Shown piece by piece: positions 1 to 12,727 of a DNA stretch of 64,000 nucleotides. Location of the stretch: NCBI RefSeq assembly GCF_004010195.1, contig NC_057749.1, forward strand, positions 14,233,142-14,297,141, read 5' to 3'. The position numbers were made by a program, and so were the translations under genes. Source of the stretch: Chiloscyllium plagiosum. Taxonomy: Eukaryota. A model generated the notes under the pieces. That model did not search any database and had not been told where the DNA came from. It was given only the letters and a program-made list of their open reading frames with translations. Each line of letters begins with the position of its first letter. Within the stretch, counting starts at the first letter, position 1.

Positions 1-208
1 ATACATGTATGGAATGAGTTGCCAGAGGATGTGGTGGAGGCTGCTACAATTGCAACATTTAAAAGGCATTTGGATGGGTAAATGAATAGGAAGGGTTTGG
101 AGGGATATGGGCCGGGTGCTGGCATGTGGGACTAGATTGGGTTGGGATATCTGGTCGGCATGGACAGGTTGGACCGAAGGGTCTGTTTCTGTGCTCTATG
201 ACTCTATA
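1..208 (+). mobile_element. CR1-clade LINE 3' end
   Basis: Encodes WNELPEDVVEAATIATFKRHLDG, followed by the tail ggttggaccgaagggtctgtttctgtgctctatgactctat that recurs in many copies in this window. Confidence 0.85.
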
Positions 209-398
209 ACTGGCTTCAGGCCCCAAATCCAGTAAATGGTTGGCATCTCCCCTATCTCAGCAGCATCACAAGTGGCCACAGCTGGGACTACAGCAAGTCC
301 CCTGAAAATGAGGAGCCAGGGATTTAGAACAACTTGAATCCAGTGTCATGCTGGGATCTAGGCTGTCAGGCCCGAACAGGCAGGGAGAGATGGAGTGG

Positions 399-616
399 AC
401 AGTACAGGAGAGATGGAAATGTGTTGCTGGAGAAGCGCAGCAGGTCAGGCAGCATCTAGGGAACAGGAGAATCGACGTTTCGGGCATTAGCCCTTCTTCA
501 GGAAATTCTCCTGTTCCCTAGATGCTGCCTGACCTGCTGCGCTTCTCCAGCAACACATTTCCATCTCTGATCTCCAGCATCTGCAGACCTCATTTTCTCT
601 TCACAGTACAGGAGAG
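399..616. mobile_element. Short inverted-repeat PLE-derived insertion (family 1) with hammerhead motif and 14-bp TSD
   Basis: ACAGTACAGGAGAG at 399-412 and 603-616. Arms of about 410-472 and 505-568 are reverse complements. Minus-strand CTGAAGA-AGGGC-TAAT-GCCC-GAAACGTC at about 474-501. Confidence 0.85.
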
Positions 617-786
617 GCCAAACACAGCTTTTTGAGGGGGAACCTTTGATGGCTGCCCAAACAAGGGACACCTGCAAGCCCGATCACCAGACTAGCAGCT
701 TGTACTGGGCATCCTGTAATGTTGGCATGGGCCTTCTGCCCACCATAGGAGGAATTGCTGCAGTAGCAGAAGATGCCTATAGTGGC

Positions 787-1042
787 CTCCATATACATGT
801 AGGAGAAAGTGAGGTCTGCAGATGCTGGAGATCAGAGATGGAAATGTGTTGCTGGAAAAGCGCAGCAGGTCAGGCAGCATCCAAGGAACAGGAGAATCGA
901 CGTTTCGGGCATTAGCCCTTCTTCGGGCATGCCCGTTCCTGAAGAAGGGCTAATGCCCGAAACGTCGATTCTCCTGTTCCCTAGATGCTGCCTGACCTGC
1001 TGCGCTTTTCCAGCAACACATTTCCATCTCCATATACATGTA
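787..1042. mobile_element. Short inverted-repeat PLE-derived insertion (family 1) with hammerhead motif and 15-bp TSD
   Basis: CTCCATATACATGTA at 787-801 and 1028-1042. Near-perfect palindrome centred on cgggcatgcccg (924-935). Confidence 0.87.
936..970 (+). ncRNA. Minimal type I hammerhead ribozyme motif (PLE type)
   Basis: CTGAAGA (939-945), an extra A, stem II GGGC-TAAT-GCCC, then GAAA and CGTC. The ACGT palindrome replaces helix III, with a predicted GUC cut after 966. Helix I pairing is short. Confidence 0.7.
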
Positions 1043-1659
1043 ATTAAGCAGGTGAGTGGGGTTAATTGATTCATTAATAAACCAAGTGGGGTGAACAGAT
1101 AGGATTGCAGTGGAATTAGCTATGAGACTGAGTAGTCAATAAACTCTATCCACAAAGAAAGGCATTTTGGTCTTTCTCTCACCAACTTGCTTTGGTTTGA
1201 ATTGACCTCCTGAATTTGCAATCACTTACAAATACTTTATGTGCATCCTAAGTAGCAACAGCCCTCACTGTGCCTTTTGAGAAATTCTACTTGATCTTCC
1301 ATCTACCCTATCACAATCCAATCTCCAGCCTGAAAGTGTGCCTAAAATTTAGTCACCACCTCTTAAACAAAGTGAAAATAGCTGCAGAGCCAGGAAGAGA
1401 GGAAATAAGTCATCAATCTCAATGACAAAGAGTGAGCTTTCCAAATTCCAATTATGTTCTATTAACTTTTAAAAAAAATCATTTTAATCCGTCTTCACAG
1501 TCAACTGGTTCAAATATCTTCATTACATCTTTGATGGGAAGTCAGGACAAGAAAGTTTAGGTTGGATTTTTATCAAGGAAGAAGCTTGACATGCAAATAA
1601 TTACTTCTTCCCTGCTGTTATTAGTTTGCTGAATAGATCGCTCTCATTTCAAATCGAAT

Positions 1660-1826
1660 GTTGACCTTGCCTTTGTGTGCCTTCCATGCAGTTATAACCT
1701 GTACGCCTCGCTCTGTTTAAGCACCCTATGATCAGTATGTCCTCGTTTGTTACAATCTGCCTGTATTGTTCACAAAATAAAACTTCTCACTGTACTTAGA
1801 TAGATGTGACAACAATAAATCAAATT
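1660..1826 (+). mobile_element. 3' tail of an unclassified non-LTR retroelement
   Basis: Ends aaaacttctcactgtacttagatagatgtgacaacaataaatcaaatt. A related reverse-orientation tail is at about 11680-11745. Confidence 0.4.
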
Positions 1827-2269
1827 GATCAAAAATGGTGCACTCTGTATATTTGATAAATTGTTAAACTTAGGAACATAGAACAGGAGGAGGTAACTTA
1901 CCTCTTCGAATCTGTTCTATCATTCAATGAGCTCAGGGCTAACTCTATATACTTGTACTTGACTTAAAAATCAGAAAAAATAATTTAATCAAAAGTTGAG
2001 TATGCAATTGATCTGGATGACACTGAGAGTAAAAACATCTTTGAGCATGATTACAGTGAACATTTATGCACTAAGCAAAGATCAAGCTTAATTTTGTAAT
2101 TAATTTCAAATAGCCAATACTCTTACTGTGAGCAATATGTGCAGATGAGGAAGGGCGGATGTATGATATTTAGCCATTCTTGATTTAGCTGATGACCTGG
2201 GCAGGGCAGGAAGGGTTGTTAATGGTGTCTATCATATGCATTACAATTCATCTGTGTGTCCATATCTAA

Positions 2270-2775
2270 AAACAACAATTTATATTTTTATAGCATTTTT
2301 TCATGGAATGAAAGATCCCAAAGTGTTTCTCAGGAGCATAATAGAACAAGATATGATGCTAAACTACACAGAAAGCCTTTCGGTCAGATAGCCAGAGTCT
2401 TGGTCAAAGAGGTGGGCATGTCTTAAAGAAAAAGTGTTAGAGAGGCAGACGTGCGGGAAGGGTATCCAAGAGCTCAGACTCCAGGCAGCTGAAAATGGAA
2501 CTACCAATGGTAGAGCAAATAAAATCAGAGAGTTAATGGAGTGCAGATATCTCAGAAGGCTGTGAGCTGGGGGAGGCTACTGAAAAGGCAGGGAGAATTG
2601 AGGCCAAGGGATTAGAAAAGATGGATGACAAGTTTAAAATGAAGTCTTTGTTTGACTAGGAGTATAGTTTAGTGAATATAGGAGAACAGGACTTGCTGCA
2701 AGTTAAAAGATGGGCGGTACAGTTTTGAATTACCTCATGTTTTTAGAGGGAAGATTTTGGGAGGCCAGCTCAGAA
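2270..2775 (-). mobile_element. Old L2-like LINE 3' remnant
   Basis: Starts acaacaatttatatttttatagca...ccaaagtgtttc followed by a purine-rich degenerate body. Similar remnants at about 32530-32950, 39340-39640, 41650-42060 and 42140-42690. Confidence 0.45.
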
Positions 2776-3008
2776 TTGGACAATAAGTATCAGATACTTT
2801 GTGAAATAACTGCACAGAGGCTGGTATCCCATCACCAAGTCATCCTTTATTTACTTGTGCACAGAACAGTGGCTGAGTCAGTCCCCCTAAACTGAGGAGA
2901 TTCTAAATCCCCTGTCAGCCATGGCTCCCTAATTGGCCCAGATTAACAACCCCAATCAAGGATGTCATAGTCAACGAGACCTACTTGGCTCCAATCACTA
3001 TTCTTTGC

Positions 3009-4009
3009 CTACTAACTTGACTAGGAGAAAGTGAGGACTGCAGATGCTGGAGATCAGAGCTTAAAAATGTGTTGCTGAAAAAGCGCAGCAGGTCAGGCAG
3101 CATCAAAGGAACAGGAGAATCGATGTTTCGGGCGTAAGCTCTTCTTCAGGAATGAGGAGGGTGTGCCAAGCAGGCTAAGATAAAAGGTAGGGAGGAGGGA
3201 CTTGGGGGAGGGGCGTTGGGAATACGATAGGTGGAAGGAGGTTAAGGTGAGGGTGATAGGCTGGAGAGGGGGTGGGGGCGGNNNNNNNNNNNNNNNNNNN
3301 NNNNNNNNNNNNNNNNNNNNNNNNNNNNNNNNNNNNNNNNNNNNNNNNNNNNNNNNNNNNNNNNNNNNNNNNNNNNNNNNNNNNNNNNNNNNNNNNNNNN
3401 NNNNNNNNNNNNNNNNNNNNNNNNNNNNNNNNNNNNNNNNNNNNNNNNNNNNNNNNNNNNNNNNNNNNNNNNNNNNNNNNNNNNNNNNNNNNNNNNNNNN
3501 NNNNNNNNNNNNNNNNNNNNNNNNNNNNNNNNNNNNNNNNNNNNNNNNNNNNNNNNNNNNNNNNNNNNNNNNNNNNNNNNNNNNNNNNNNNNNNNNNNNN
3601 NNNNNNNNNNNNNNNNNNNNNNNNNNNNNNNNNNNNNNNNNNNNNNNNNNNNNNNNNNNNNNNNNNNNNNNNNNNNNNNNNNNNNNNNNNNNNNNNNNNN
3701 NNNNNNNNNNNNNNNNNNNNNNNNNNNNNNNNNNNNNNNNNNNNNNNNNNNNNNNNNNNNNNNNNNNNNNNNNNNNNNNNNNNNNNNNNCTCCGGCCTAT
3801 TACCCTCACCTTAACCTCCTTCCACCTATTGTATTCCCAACACCCGTCCCCCAAGTCCCTCCTCCCTACCTTTTATCTTAGCCTGCTTGGCACACCCTCC
3901 TCATTCCTAAAGAAGGGCTTATGCCCGAAACATCGATTCTCCTGTTCCTTTGACGCTGCCTGACCTGCTGCGCTTTTCCAGCAACACATTTTTAAGCTAC
4001 TAACCTGAC
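3009..4009. mobile_element. Larger inverted-repeat PLE insertion (family 1) spanning an assembly gap
   Basis: About 3060-3265 and 3790-3998 are reverse complements. Flanks CTACTAACTTGAC (3009-3021) and CTACTAACCTGAC (3997-4009) form a 13-bp TSD with one mismatch. Hammerhead-like motifs at about 3122-3150 (-) and 3907-3935 (+, core changed to CTAAAGA). Confidence 0.8.
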
Positions 4010-4264
4010 CCCTACATGCAATGAATAAGATAAAGATAGGACAGACTTAGGTTTGATAGCCTGCAATTGATGAACCACCAACACTCGAAGATAAGTAATC
4101 ATCACTTGGCTAATGAGAAGCCAGGCTGGCTCAGTCAGTAGGGTATGAGACACATACTGCCAAGGCTCTGGGTTCAAGCCCCATTCTGGGTACTATCACT
4201 TTGAAGTTTAGCTTCTTGGTGAGTGAATGCCTTCAAACCAATTCTTTTGCATGCTGTTTTTAAT

Positions 4265-4530
4265 GGGGTGGCATGGTTAGCACTGCTGCCTCACAGCACC
4301 ATTATCAATTCCAGCCTTGGACGACTGCCTGTGTGGAGTTTGCACGTTCTGCCCATGTCTGCATGAGACGCCTCCCACAGTTCAAAGATGTGCAGGCTAG
4401 GTTGATTAGAGATGGGAAATGCAGGGTTACAGGAATAGGGTGGGGGGACTGAGTCTGGGTGGGATTCCCATTGGAGGGCCATGCAGACTCAATGGGCTGA
4501 ATGGCTTCTTTCTACACTGTGGGGATTCTA
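4265..4530 (+). mobile_element. HE1/V-SINE-like tRNA-derived SINE (degenerate)
   Basis: Head tggttagcactgctgcctcacagc, core ctgtgtggagtttgcacgttct...ctcccacag...aaagatgtgcagg, and a CR1-like tail. Confidence 0.75.
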
Positions 4531-5189
4531 GGAGGCGATCTCAGTTCTGGACACTCACAGGAGAATAGGGGAAGTGAGAAAACTGTTGAGGAAAAGAATG
4601 GACACTCAATGACACTACTACTGCCTTGATGTGCCTGGTCAGAAGAAATAACTGCTCTGAACTAGATCTCCCCGGCTGTCTAAAATCATGATGACATCAG
4701 CATGCACCCTTGCCACAAATAACCTGAAGAAACTATAGCATAACAATTAAAAGCTTATTAAGACTACGGTAATTAATCCATCTGCTTTGAAAGGATGTAT
4801 TTTGTATCAAATATAAGAATAGCTGCTTCCTCTTAAAGTTAAAAAGTACTGATATAAATTCAATCCAGGTCCCAAGTTACTGGAAGTAGATAGCAGCTGT
4901 GTTAATGAGAGACCTGCAGCTGATGACAGCACGGGTGTTGGTGTGGGCTTGGTGGAATGAATCACTGGTCATATGCTCTTTGCTGAAATGGAAAATGATT
5001 TCAGACAAGCAGCACTTTAAGTAAAATATCTGAGCACTATCTGGAACATATAATTCAGGCCAAACAGTAGAAGAAACAGCTGCTGAGGAGTGAAGCCAAG
5101 ACCCCTACCTCTGTTTTATACTTCCTCCTTCTTTTCTCTTGAGGGCAGAGGGTCAGGAGATCTCTAACAAGCCTATTGGAGCATTGGTA

Positions 5190-6780
5190 GGCCATTCAGC
5201 CCATCATCTCTGTTCAGTTAGAACGTGGCTGATCACAATCCTCAATACCAGTTTCTCATACCTTGTAGATATCTCATAATATCATTCATTTCTAGAATCT
5301 ATTGATCTCTGTTTTGAACCTACTCAGTGACTCAGCTTCTCCAGGTCTGGAATAGAAAATTCTATAGATTCACCTCCTTACGTACTTAGAATATTCTCGC
5401 CATCTCTGTCTTAAATGGCCAATCGCTTATTCTGAGGGTCCATTCATTTTGGTTCTTGACTCACCCTGGGGAAATGTCCTAACTCCATTCACCTGTCACA
5501 TCCAGAAGAACATTGTAAATCTATATTACTCTCAACACTCTCAAAACAGACTCAATTACCTCCACCTCTTCACATAAGACAATCCTACTATCCCAGGGAA
5601 TAGTCTGGCAAACCTCCATTGCATTCTCTCTATAGAAATGCTTTGCAAACTTTTTCCCGATTGAGATTTCAAAATTGTTGCAACCTCTCAGTGAGAGTAG
5701 GGAAGATAGAGAGCAGGGCCCTGTTAGAGTTCAGCAGAGCTTTTATAACTTGGTCAGAACTCCAAGGTGGCCATTTTTATGTAGGGATTGTGCCTCAATG
5801 TTTTAGCTGGCAACACAACTTGTGGTCCTGACCCCACTTTGGGAAGCCCTTCTCTATGGCAAGTGTACCCTTACTTAGATAAAGAGATCAAAACTGTACA
5901 CGATACTCCAGGTGCAGTCTCATCAAGGTTCTTTACAATTTCAGAAAGTAGCGTTACTCCTATACTCAAATCCTGTTCTAATGACAGGACAGGTAACAGT
6001 TGATGAAGGGTTTATGCCCAAAACATCAACTGTCCTGCTCCTCGAAAACTGCCTAACCTGAGATGCTTTTCCAGCACCACACTTTTCAACAGCTGACAGC
6101 TGCCCTCTCAATTGCTTGTGTATGTTCCTGAACACAAGGGAATTTCAACACATCCCCCCCCCCCCACTGTTTAAGAAATGCTGTCATTCTGTTTTTTCCC
6201 TAACCACACTGGCTAAGTGCACATGTATTTGCATTATATTTCATGAGCCATGATCTTGTCCATTCACTTAGCTCGTCCAAATTCCCTTAGAACCTCCTTG
6301 CATTCTCTTCAAAACTTATATTTCTACATAAATTTGTGTCATCTGCAAATTTGGAAATATTACATCTAGGCCCCATATCCACATCATTGCTATAAATTGT
6401 GAACTACTGTAGCTTCATCACTGCTAATAACAGCTTGGCAGCCTGAGAATGACTCATTTATGCTTCCTCTCTGTTAATCAATTCTCAATCCATGCCAATT
6501 TATTATCCCCAATCCCATTTGCTCTAATTTTGTTTCTTGATCTCCTATGTATCTTCTGAAAAACAAAACAAAAACATATCTACTGGCTCCCCTTTTTCTA
6601 TGCTACAAGTAAGATCTATTAAAAAAAACTCCAACAGGTTTGTCAAATATCACTTTCCTTTCATAAGTCCATGTTGACTCTGCCCAACCATATCATCGTT
6701 GTTTAGATATCACATTCTTTCCAAGGTTTTTCCCAACTACCAGTATCAAACGAACAGGTTTGTTTTCGCTCTCCTCCATT
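5190..6780 (-). mobile_element. Old degenerate CR1 LINE fragments, interrupted by a PLE terminal fragment at about 5990-6095
   Basis: Reverse CR1 tail (taggccattcagccc) and RT-derived segments (tttgtgtcatctgcaaatttgg; ccatgttgactctgcc). The insert carries tgatgaagggtttatgcccaaaacatc. Confidence 0.55.
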
Positions 6781-8139
6781 TTTAATGAGGTGCTTAACAT
6801 CATCATGGCCTCGTTATCCCATTTTATCCAATTGTAACTATCTGTACCTCTACCATGGCTACGTTTCTATCCATGCATCTTAGAGAAGGAATGGTGTCCC
6901 TGTTACACTTGAAGCCTTCAGTGACCGATGGACACCACAGGGCTGGAGTGCATTATCTTCTCCAAAATGTTATTTTAATTTAATATGTCAATTTCCTTTA
7001 AAGTTTTGTTCTTTGTGACAGTGCCCACTTTAGGGATGTTTTCAATCACTTAATTTGTTTGTCAATCATGTGAATAGCACAAAAGCCTTCAGAGAGAAGT
7101 GGACTCTGTGTAAAATACTGCGCTTTCTTTCCCCTCCAACTGCATTTTGATTCAGTTCTTGCTCTCCCTACTCACCAACCCCCACCCCAATTTCATTTTT
7201 GATGATGCGCATTGCCCATTATGGGCTTTACTCGTAAATTTCTAATTGACCGGACGGTGAATACTGGTGATAGTTAATAGTTATATGAAAACAAAAAAAA
7301 AGTCAAGGTGATTCGATGATGGGAAAGTTCTTTTGTTGTGTCTGATAACACTTCCAGATGGAAAATATTAAAATGAATAACTTAAGTTTACATTTTGGAG
7401 TCCTTGGAGAGGAAGCATGCAGTGTCCACCAATATCCTTAACATCTTTAGACATTTTAATTTAGACAGCTCCCACTCCCCTTACCTCTCCCTCATGTTTT
7501 TGATGGTCTATATTGTCCTTAATGGGATTTGCTCATAAATTATTCAATTGGAAAACATGGATAATTTACTGGCAGTGGTTAATAATTGAAAGAATACCAT
7601 GAGTGATTTGATGATAGGAAAAAGAAACATTCAGTTGTATGTAAGAGCACTCAATATATTAAATTAAAATAACATTTTGGGGAAGATAATGCACTCCTGC
7701 CCTTGTGGTGTCCACCAGTCATAGAAGCCTTCAAGTGTAATGTGTACACTGCATATTCCTTCTCCAATAATGTCCAGATAGGAATGTAGCTGTGGAAGAG
7801 GGATATGAAAAAAAAGAGAGAAAAGAAAGAAAACCTAAATGAACAGGGAATACTTATGTTTGTGCTCAGATGTCCTGGGAGACGGAGCACATGGTGTCTA
7901 CTGATACCCTGAATGCCTTCAGAAAGAGGTGAACAATGCATTATCTCCTCTTCCAACTGGGGCTATTCCTATTTCCTAATTTGTTTGGAACATGGTGGAC
8001 TTTCACAACTGTAGGGAATCAGAATAGATCAGTGGACGTGCATTGGGGTCAACTCTGAGGTCTGTTGCTCTCGATGTGGTCTCCTCTAAGCTGGGGAGAC
8101 AGGACGCCACCTCGTGGAATGCAAGCCCACTGCCCACTG

Positions 8140-8600
8140 CCCAATGGCCAACCAAGTCCTGGGCCTCCTCCACTGCCAAATCCTAGCCACCTTACACCTG
8201 AAGGAAGACTGCCTCATCTTCTGCCTTGAGACCCTCCAACCACAACATCAATTACACTAGTTTCCTCATCTCCTCTCCTCTCACCTCATCCTAGATCCAA
8301 CCCTCGGCACTGCCCTCTTGAACTGTCCCACCTATCTGCTGCACCCTCTGCTCTGACCTATTGCCATCACCCCCACCTGCATCTACCTATCACCTTCCCA
8401 GCTATCTTTCCCCCAGCCCGAGCCCTAGCTCCCCCTATTTATCTCTCAGCCCACTTCCCCACCTCCACATTCATGATGAAGGGCTTATGCCAGAAGCGTC
8501 GATTCCCTTACTCCTCGGATGCTGCCTGACCTGCTGTGCTTTTCCAGCACCACACTTTTCGACTCTGATCTCCAGCATCTGCAGTCCTCACTTTCTCCTT
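8140..8600 (+). mobile_element. PLE 3' fragment: GIY-YIG C-terminal remnant plus family 1 terminal repeat
   Basis: gtcctgggcctcctccac...gaaggaagactgcctcatcttc matches 53950-54020. Degenerate hammerhead atgatgaagggcttatgccagaagcgtc at about 8473-8500. Ends ctccagcatctgcagtcctcactttctcct. Confidence 0.75.
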
Positions 8601-8619
8601 ATATGAGACTCCCCTACCC

Positions 8620-8845
8620 TGGCTTGGCTATTCACCCTATCCATGCCCTTTATGATTTTACAAACCCCTTTAAGTTCGCTCCTCAGCCTCCAATGCTCCA
8701 GGGATAAAAGCACCAACCTATTCAGTATTGCCCTGTAGCTCAAACCCTCCAACCGCGGCGACATCCGTGTAAATCTTTTCTGAACCTTTCAGGTTTAACA
8801 ACAATTTTCCCATAGCAGGGAGACCAGAATTGAATGCAGAATTCC
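8620..8845 (-). mobile_element. CR1 LINE fragment
   Basis: Reverse complement resembles 24300-24450 (ctcaaaccctccaacc...catccgtgtaaatctttt). Confidence 0.65.
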
Positions 8846-9007
8846 ATCCAATGGGCCCAATGGCCTATTTCCGCTCTATGTCTCATGGCCTAAGGAAAAA
8901 ACAGTAAAACTGATTAATGGTACATACTGGTCTGACTTGCTCATGTCAAAATAGACCCCAGATATGACCAGTACATCCATTTCCAAACATTACTTATTTT
9001 TAAGCCA

Positions 9008-9435
9008 TGATGTGAGGGTACCAGTGGGGTGGACAAATTTAAAAATCACACAACATCAGGTTATAGTCCAACAAGTTTATTTGGAAGTACTAACATGTTT
9101 AAAGACTTTTTAAAAACTTATTTCCTTTCTCTTGAGCTGTTGCGTGTGATATCACAGGATTCTTATCAAGTAAAATTTTACACTGCGCCACATACACTGA
9201 AGTTGAAATAGAGCAGTGGGTTTAAGGAACTTCTTTAAAAGTTTGTTTGAAAGCACAAGCTTTCAGAGCGCTGCTCCTTTGTCAGGTAGCTAGTGGGGCA
9301 GGATTATAGGACACAGAATTTATAGCAAAAGATCAAAGTGTCATACAACTAATGCGGTGTATTGAATAAACCTAGATTGCTGTTTGTGTGATTGTTAACT
9401 TTGTCCACCCCAGTCCAACACCAGCACCTCCACAT
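9008..9435. mobile_element. Family 2 PLE-derived element with inverted ends
   Basis: aaaaatcacacaacatcaggttatagtccaaca on the left and tgtgtgattgttaactttgtccaccccagtccaacacc on the right. Degenerate minus-strand hammerhead at about 9255-9285 (ctgacaaaggagcagcgctctgaaagctt). Confidence 0.65.
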
Positions 9436-10499
9436 CCTGGCTTCTTTAAGGGAGCACAGAGAGAGGTAGTGAGACAGAAACTGAGGCAGTTTAGGGAACA
9501 TATTCGGAGCATATGGCCTCAGAAGGTTGATGATACGGTCTCCAACGCTGGGGAGGGCTTAAAAGAAAGGGCAAATCCCAGAAAAGGTTTTCTGTTTTCT
9601 TGACTACCTGAACACAATGCTCGGTCAGTTGTTTAACAATGGTGCAACATCACTTCCATTCAAATTTTCAAAGCAATTTAATTCAAATGGAGCATCAATT
9701 CTGCCTACAGCAGAGAAGATAAAAGTGTGTGGTCCTGTAATTATAATTTCCTGACGCTTTCAAGAGTTTGGACTGTGGACACGCAATTGGATTGAAGCCA
9801 GTGGGAGGTCAAAATCTTATTAAAGTTGAAAGACATTTAATTCCCTTCCAGTGTAATTCTTTCCAAACCCACTGGCATCAGCCTTTTTCAAGAAAGATAG
9901 TCTGGCTTTTATGTCGCATTATTAGGTCATGAGGGCAGGAACATTAGATGTTGGCTTTCAGTCTGACAGTGCTGAGTTCATGTCCAAGACCTGACAGATA
10001 CCCAGACTTGTTTGGTGTCGGATGACCTTTGTCAGATCTTGAAAAGTATGATTGCCACAATGCCACAAAGCATTCTGTTTCACAGATTGCAAATCTCAAC
10101 ATGTGCCTTTTTGAGTTGTGCTAGCCGCAGAAGTATACTGCTGTTCCTTCTCAAAACAGCATCCTTCTAAACTGCCAATTATCCTGGAACAGGGAAGGTT
10201 TTGTCTGCTGGGTTCTGAGCTAAAGCAGTGGTCTTGGACAGTTGTCTTTGATGCATAACTTTAAACATTCACTCCCTCCAGCACTGATCTGATGTAAGCC
10301 TTCTTTGACAGCACTTTCCAAACTTGTGACCTTGAAAAGGGCACACTGAAAATGACCTCCTTTATGTTCCCCTTCAAATCATACAGCAGCCTACCTTGGA
10401 CACTGACACTGAGTCAACATCCTGAAACATCCTCCTGGATAACACTATCAGTCTATCTTCACCAGATGAGCTACAGTGGAAATTGATTCTTAAAAAATT

Positions 10500-10970
10500 T
10501 CTTCATTCACAGAATGAAGTGTCACCGGCCAGGCCAACATTTATTGCCCATCCCTAATTGCCCAGAGAGCAGTTAAGAGTCAACCACAATACTCTGGGCC
10601 TGAAGTCACATGTAGGCCAGACCAGGTAAGAATGGCAAGTTCCTTCCCTCAACGACATTAGTGAATTAGATGGGCTTTTCCCAACAATCAACAACTGATT
10701 CATGATCATCATTAGACTCTGAAGTCCAGATTTTCACTGGATTCAAATTCCACCATCTGCCCTGACAGGATCCAAACCAAGGTCCCCAGAACATTAGGCA
10801 GGTTTCTGGAATGAGGAGGAGCTCGGAGGAAGGGTCATTGGACTCAAGGTCTTAACTCTGATTTCTCTTCACAGATGCTGCCAGACCTGCTGAGTTTTTC
10901 CAGCAACTTCTTTTTTTTTGTCTCTGGATTTACAGTCCAGTGATAATACCACTAGGCTGTCACCATCTCT
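10500..10970 (-). mobile_element. SacSINE1/Deu-SINE-like element interrupted by a family 3 PLE terminal fragment (about 10810-10920)
   Basis: atttattgcccatccctaattgccc...ccagaccaggtaagaatggcaagttccttccct is the reverse of 33590-33770. The tRNA-like head resumes at 10921. Confidence 0.65.
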
Positions 10971-11013
10971 GAGCTCACTACCACTCTTTCAGGGCAGTTA
11001 TGGATAGGCAATG

Positions 11014-11238
11014 CAGTCAGTTCTTCTATAAAGTGATGGTTGCGTTCTTGTGCAAACCCATGTAATAGAAAAATTGCACTTTAGAAACAGCGCTTAGAAG
11101 TGTTAACGCTGTAATCACGTTACAGCCAACGCACGTTTTAAAAGTTCGCGCTTTAGAAACAGCATCCCCAATTTGTCAGCCGTGTCACAGCGAATTTGCA
11201 TTGAAGAAATGCACTTTGTAACAGAACAGAACAACCTG
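11014..11238. mobile_element. MITE, Tc1/mariner-Tigger (MER6-like) type
   Basis: Imperfect terminal inverted repeats cagtcagttcttctataa / ttgtaacagaacagaacaacctg, flanked by TG/TA. It splits a SINE-tail motif (ggcaa-TA-aatgc). Confidence 0.55.
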
Positions 11239-11757
11239 TAAATGCAATCCTTACTGGTCACACCCACATAAAATTAATTGAATTTTTAAGATTCCTTTTC
11301 TTTCTGACAATCGGCTGAGGTGTATCCTTGATCTCAATGAACATCATTAACGCACCTGTGATAGTCAATAAAATAGCTCTCTTGGTAGCCAAGGAGACTG
11401 TGACGTCTTGGCGTATTGTTCTTTTTTATTGAATGTGCATGCTTTCTGTTGCCGAAGGCTACCGTCGGTGGATGACATATCTCATATGAGAGTGCAATTC
11501 TGCAGCACATATTCCATTGAAGGCCACGAAACCACCAATTTCCTATATACTACATATTCTTTACAATGTCACTATTCTTATAGAGTGAACAAAATAAAGC
11601 AATGGAAAAGAAAGGATTTGCAATCGCATATCTTGCACAGACACATGATATCCTAAGGTGCTTTACAGGCATTTGAATTTAGAATAGAACAGAATAGCCT
11701 TTATTGTCATGTGCATTCGAATGAGTGCAGTGAAAAGTTTGTAATGTCACCTCTCAG

Positions 11758-12288
11758 CAACATAGAACATAGAACAGTACAGCACAGAACAGGCCCTTTG
11801 GCCCACAATGTTGTGCTGAGGTTTAATCCTAATGTAAAATGTAGTAACTTAACCTACACACCCCTCAACTCACTGCTATCCATGTGCATGTCCAGCAGTC
11901 GCTTAAATGTCCTGAATGACTCTGCTTCCACCACCACCGCTGGCAACGCATTCCATGCATTCACAACTCTCTGCATAAAGAACCTATCTCTGACGTCTCC
12001 TTTATACCTTCCTCCTAATATCTTCAAACTATGACTTCTCGTACCAGTCAATCCTGTCCTGGGGAAGTCTCTGGCTGTTGACTCTATCTATTCCACTCAT
12101 TATTTGTACACCTCGACCAGGTCTCCTCTCTTCCTCCTTCTCTCCAGAGAGAAAAGTCCGAGCTTATTCAACCTTCCTTCATAAGGCAAGCCCTCTAGTC
12201 CAGGCAGCATCCTAGTAAACCTTCTTTGCATCCTCTCCAAATCCTCTGTATCTTTCCTGTAATAGGGCGACCAGAACTGGACACAGTA
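11758..12288 (-). mobile_element. CR1 LINE 3' end (subfamily with ctatgtt repeat tail)
   Basis: ORF 11854-12051 reads TRSHSLKILGGRYKGDVRDRFFMQRVVNAWNALPAVVVEAES. Tail aacatagaacatagaac. Confidence 0.85.
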
Positions 12289-12727
12289 GGTACAGGATGC
12301 TGAGGTATAGATATTTTAAGTGTTGTCACAGAATTGAAATTATAAAAGAAAGATTAGCATGGGAATAGAGTTTAAGAGTTCAGAATGAGAATAAAAGGTG
12401 TCTACAAAGTACTGAAGTTATAGTCCTTACAGTCCTTTTCCAACATGAGTCCGTGCCTGCAGGTTTCAGACCATAAGGCCATGGTGCTTCCAGGCACTGG
12501 CCTCTGTCCAGGACTCACTCTGCAGTCACTGTTTTAACTCGGAATCATCACAACCAGTTTTTTGCCCAGCAAGCTTCCACAAACAGAAAATCGACAATGA
12601 CATTGCAGCAAAGCAGCTGTGGTGTTAATTGAAGGGAAATGTTGCCAACGGTATCCGGAAGAATCTCTTTGAAGTCACAGCCATGGGATCTTTTAAGTAA
12701 TCTGAGAGGGCAGATCACTTCACTGGC

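Noticed and set aside
399..1042. DNA-transposon MITE or pre-miRNA interpretation of the palindromes
   Set aside because: The long variable TSDs, unequal arms and link to GIY-YIG-coding copies fit PLE retrotransposition better. There is no small-RNA evidence.
266..1074. Short ORFs such as MPETSILLFPRCCLTCC and MRSADAGDQRWKCV
   Set aside because: They are chance translations of the repeated terminal repeat.
2800..3000. Possible small solo LTR
   Set aside because: Starts with TG but lacks a clear CA end or TSD.
3093..3963. Long ORFs of 177-253 aa here and at 21282-21905 and 58953-59791
   Set aside because: They are mostly runs of N from assembly gaps.
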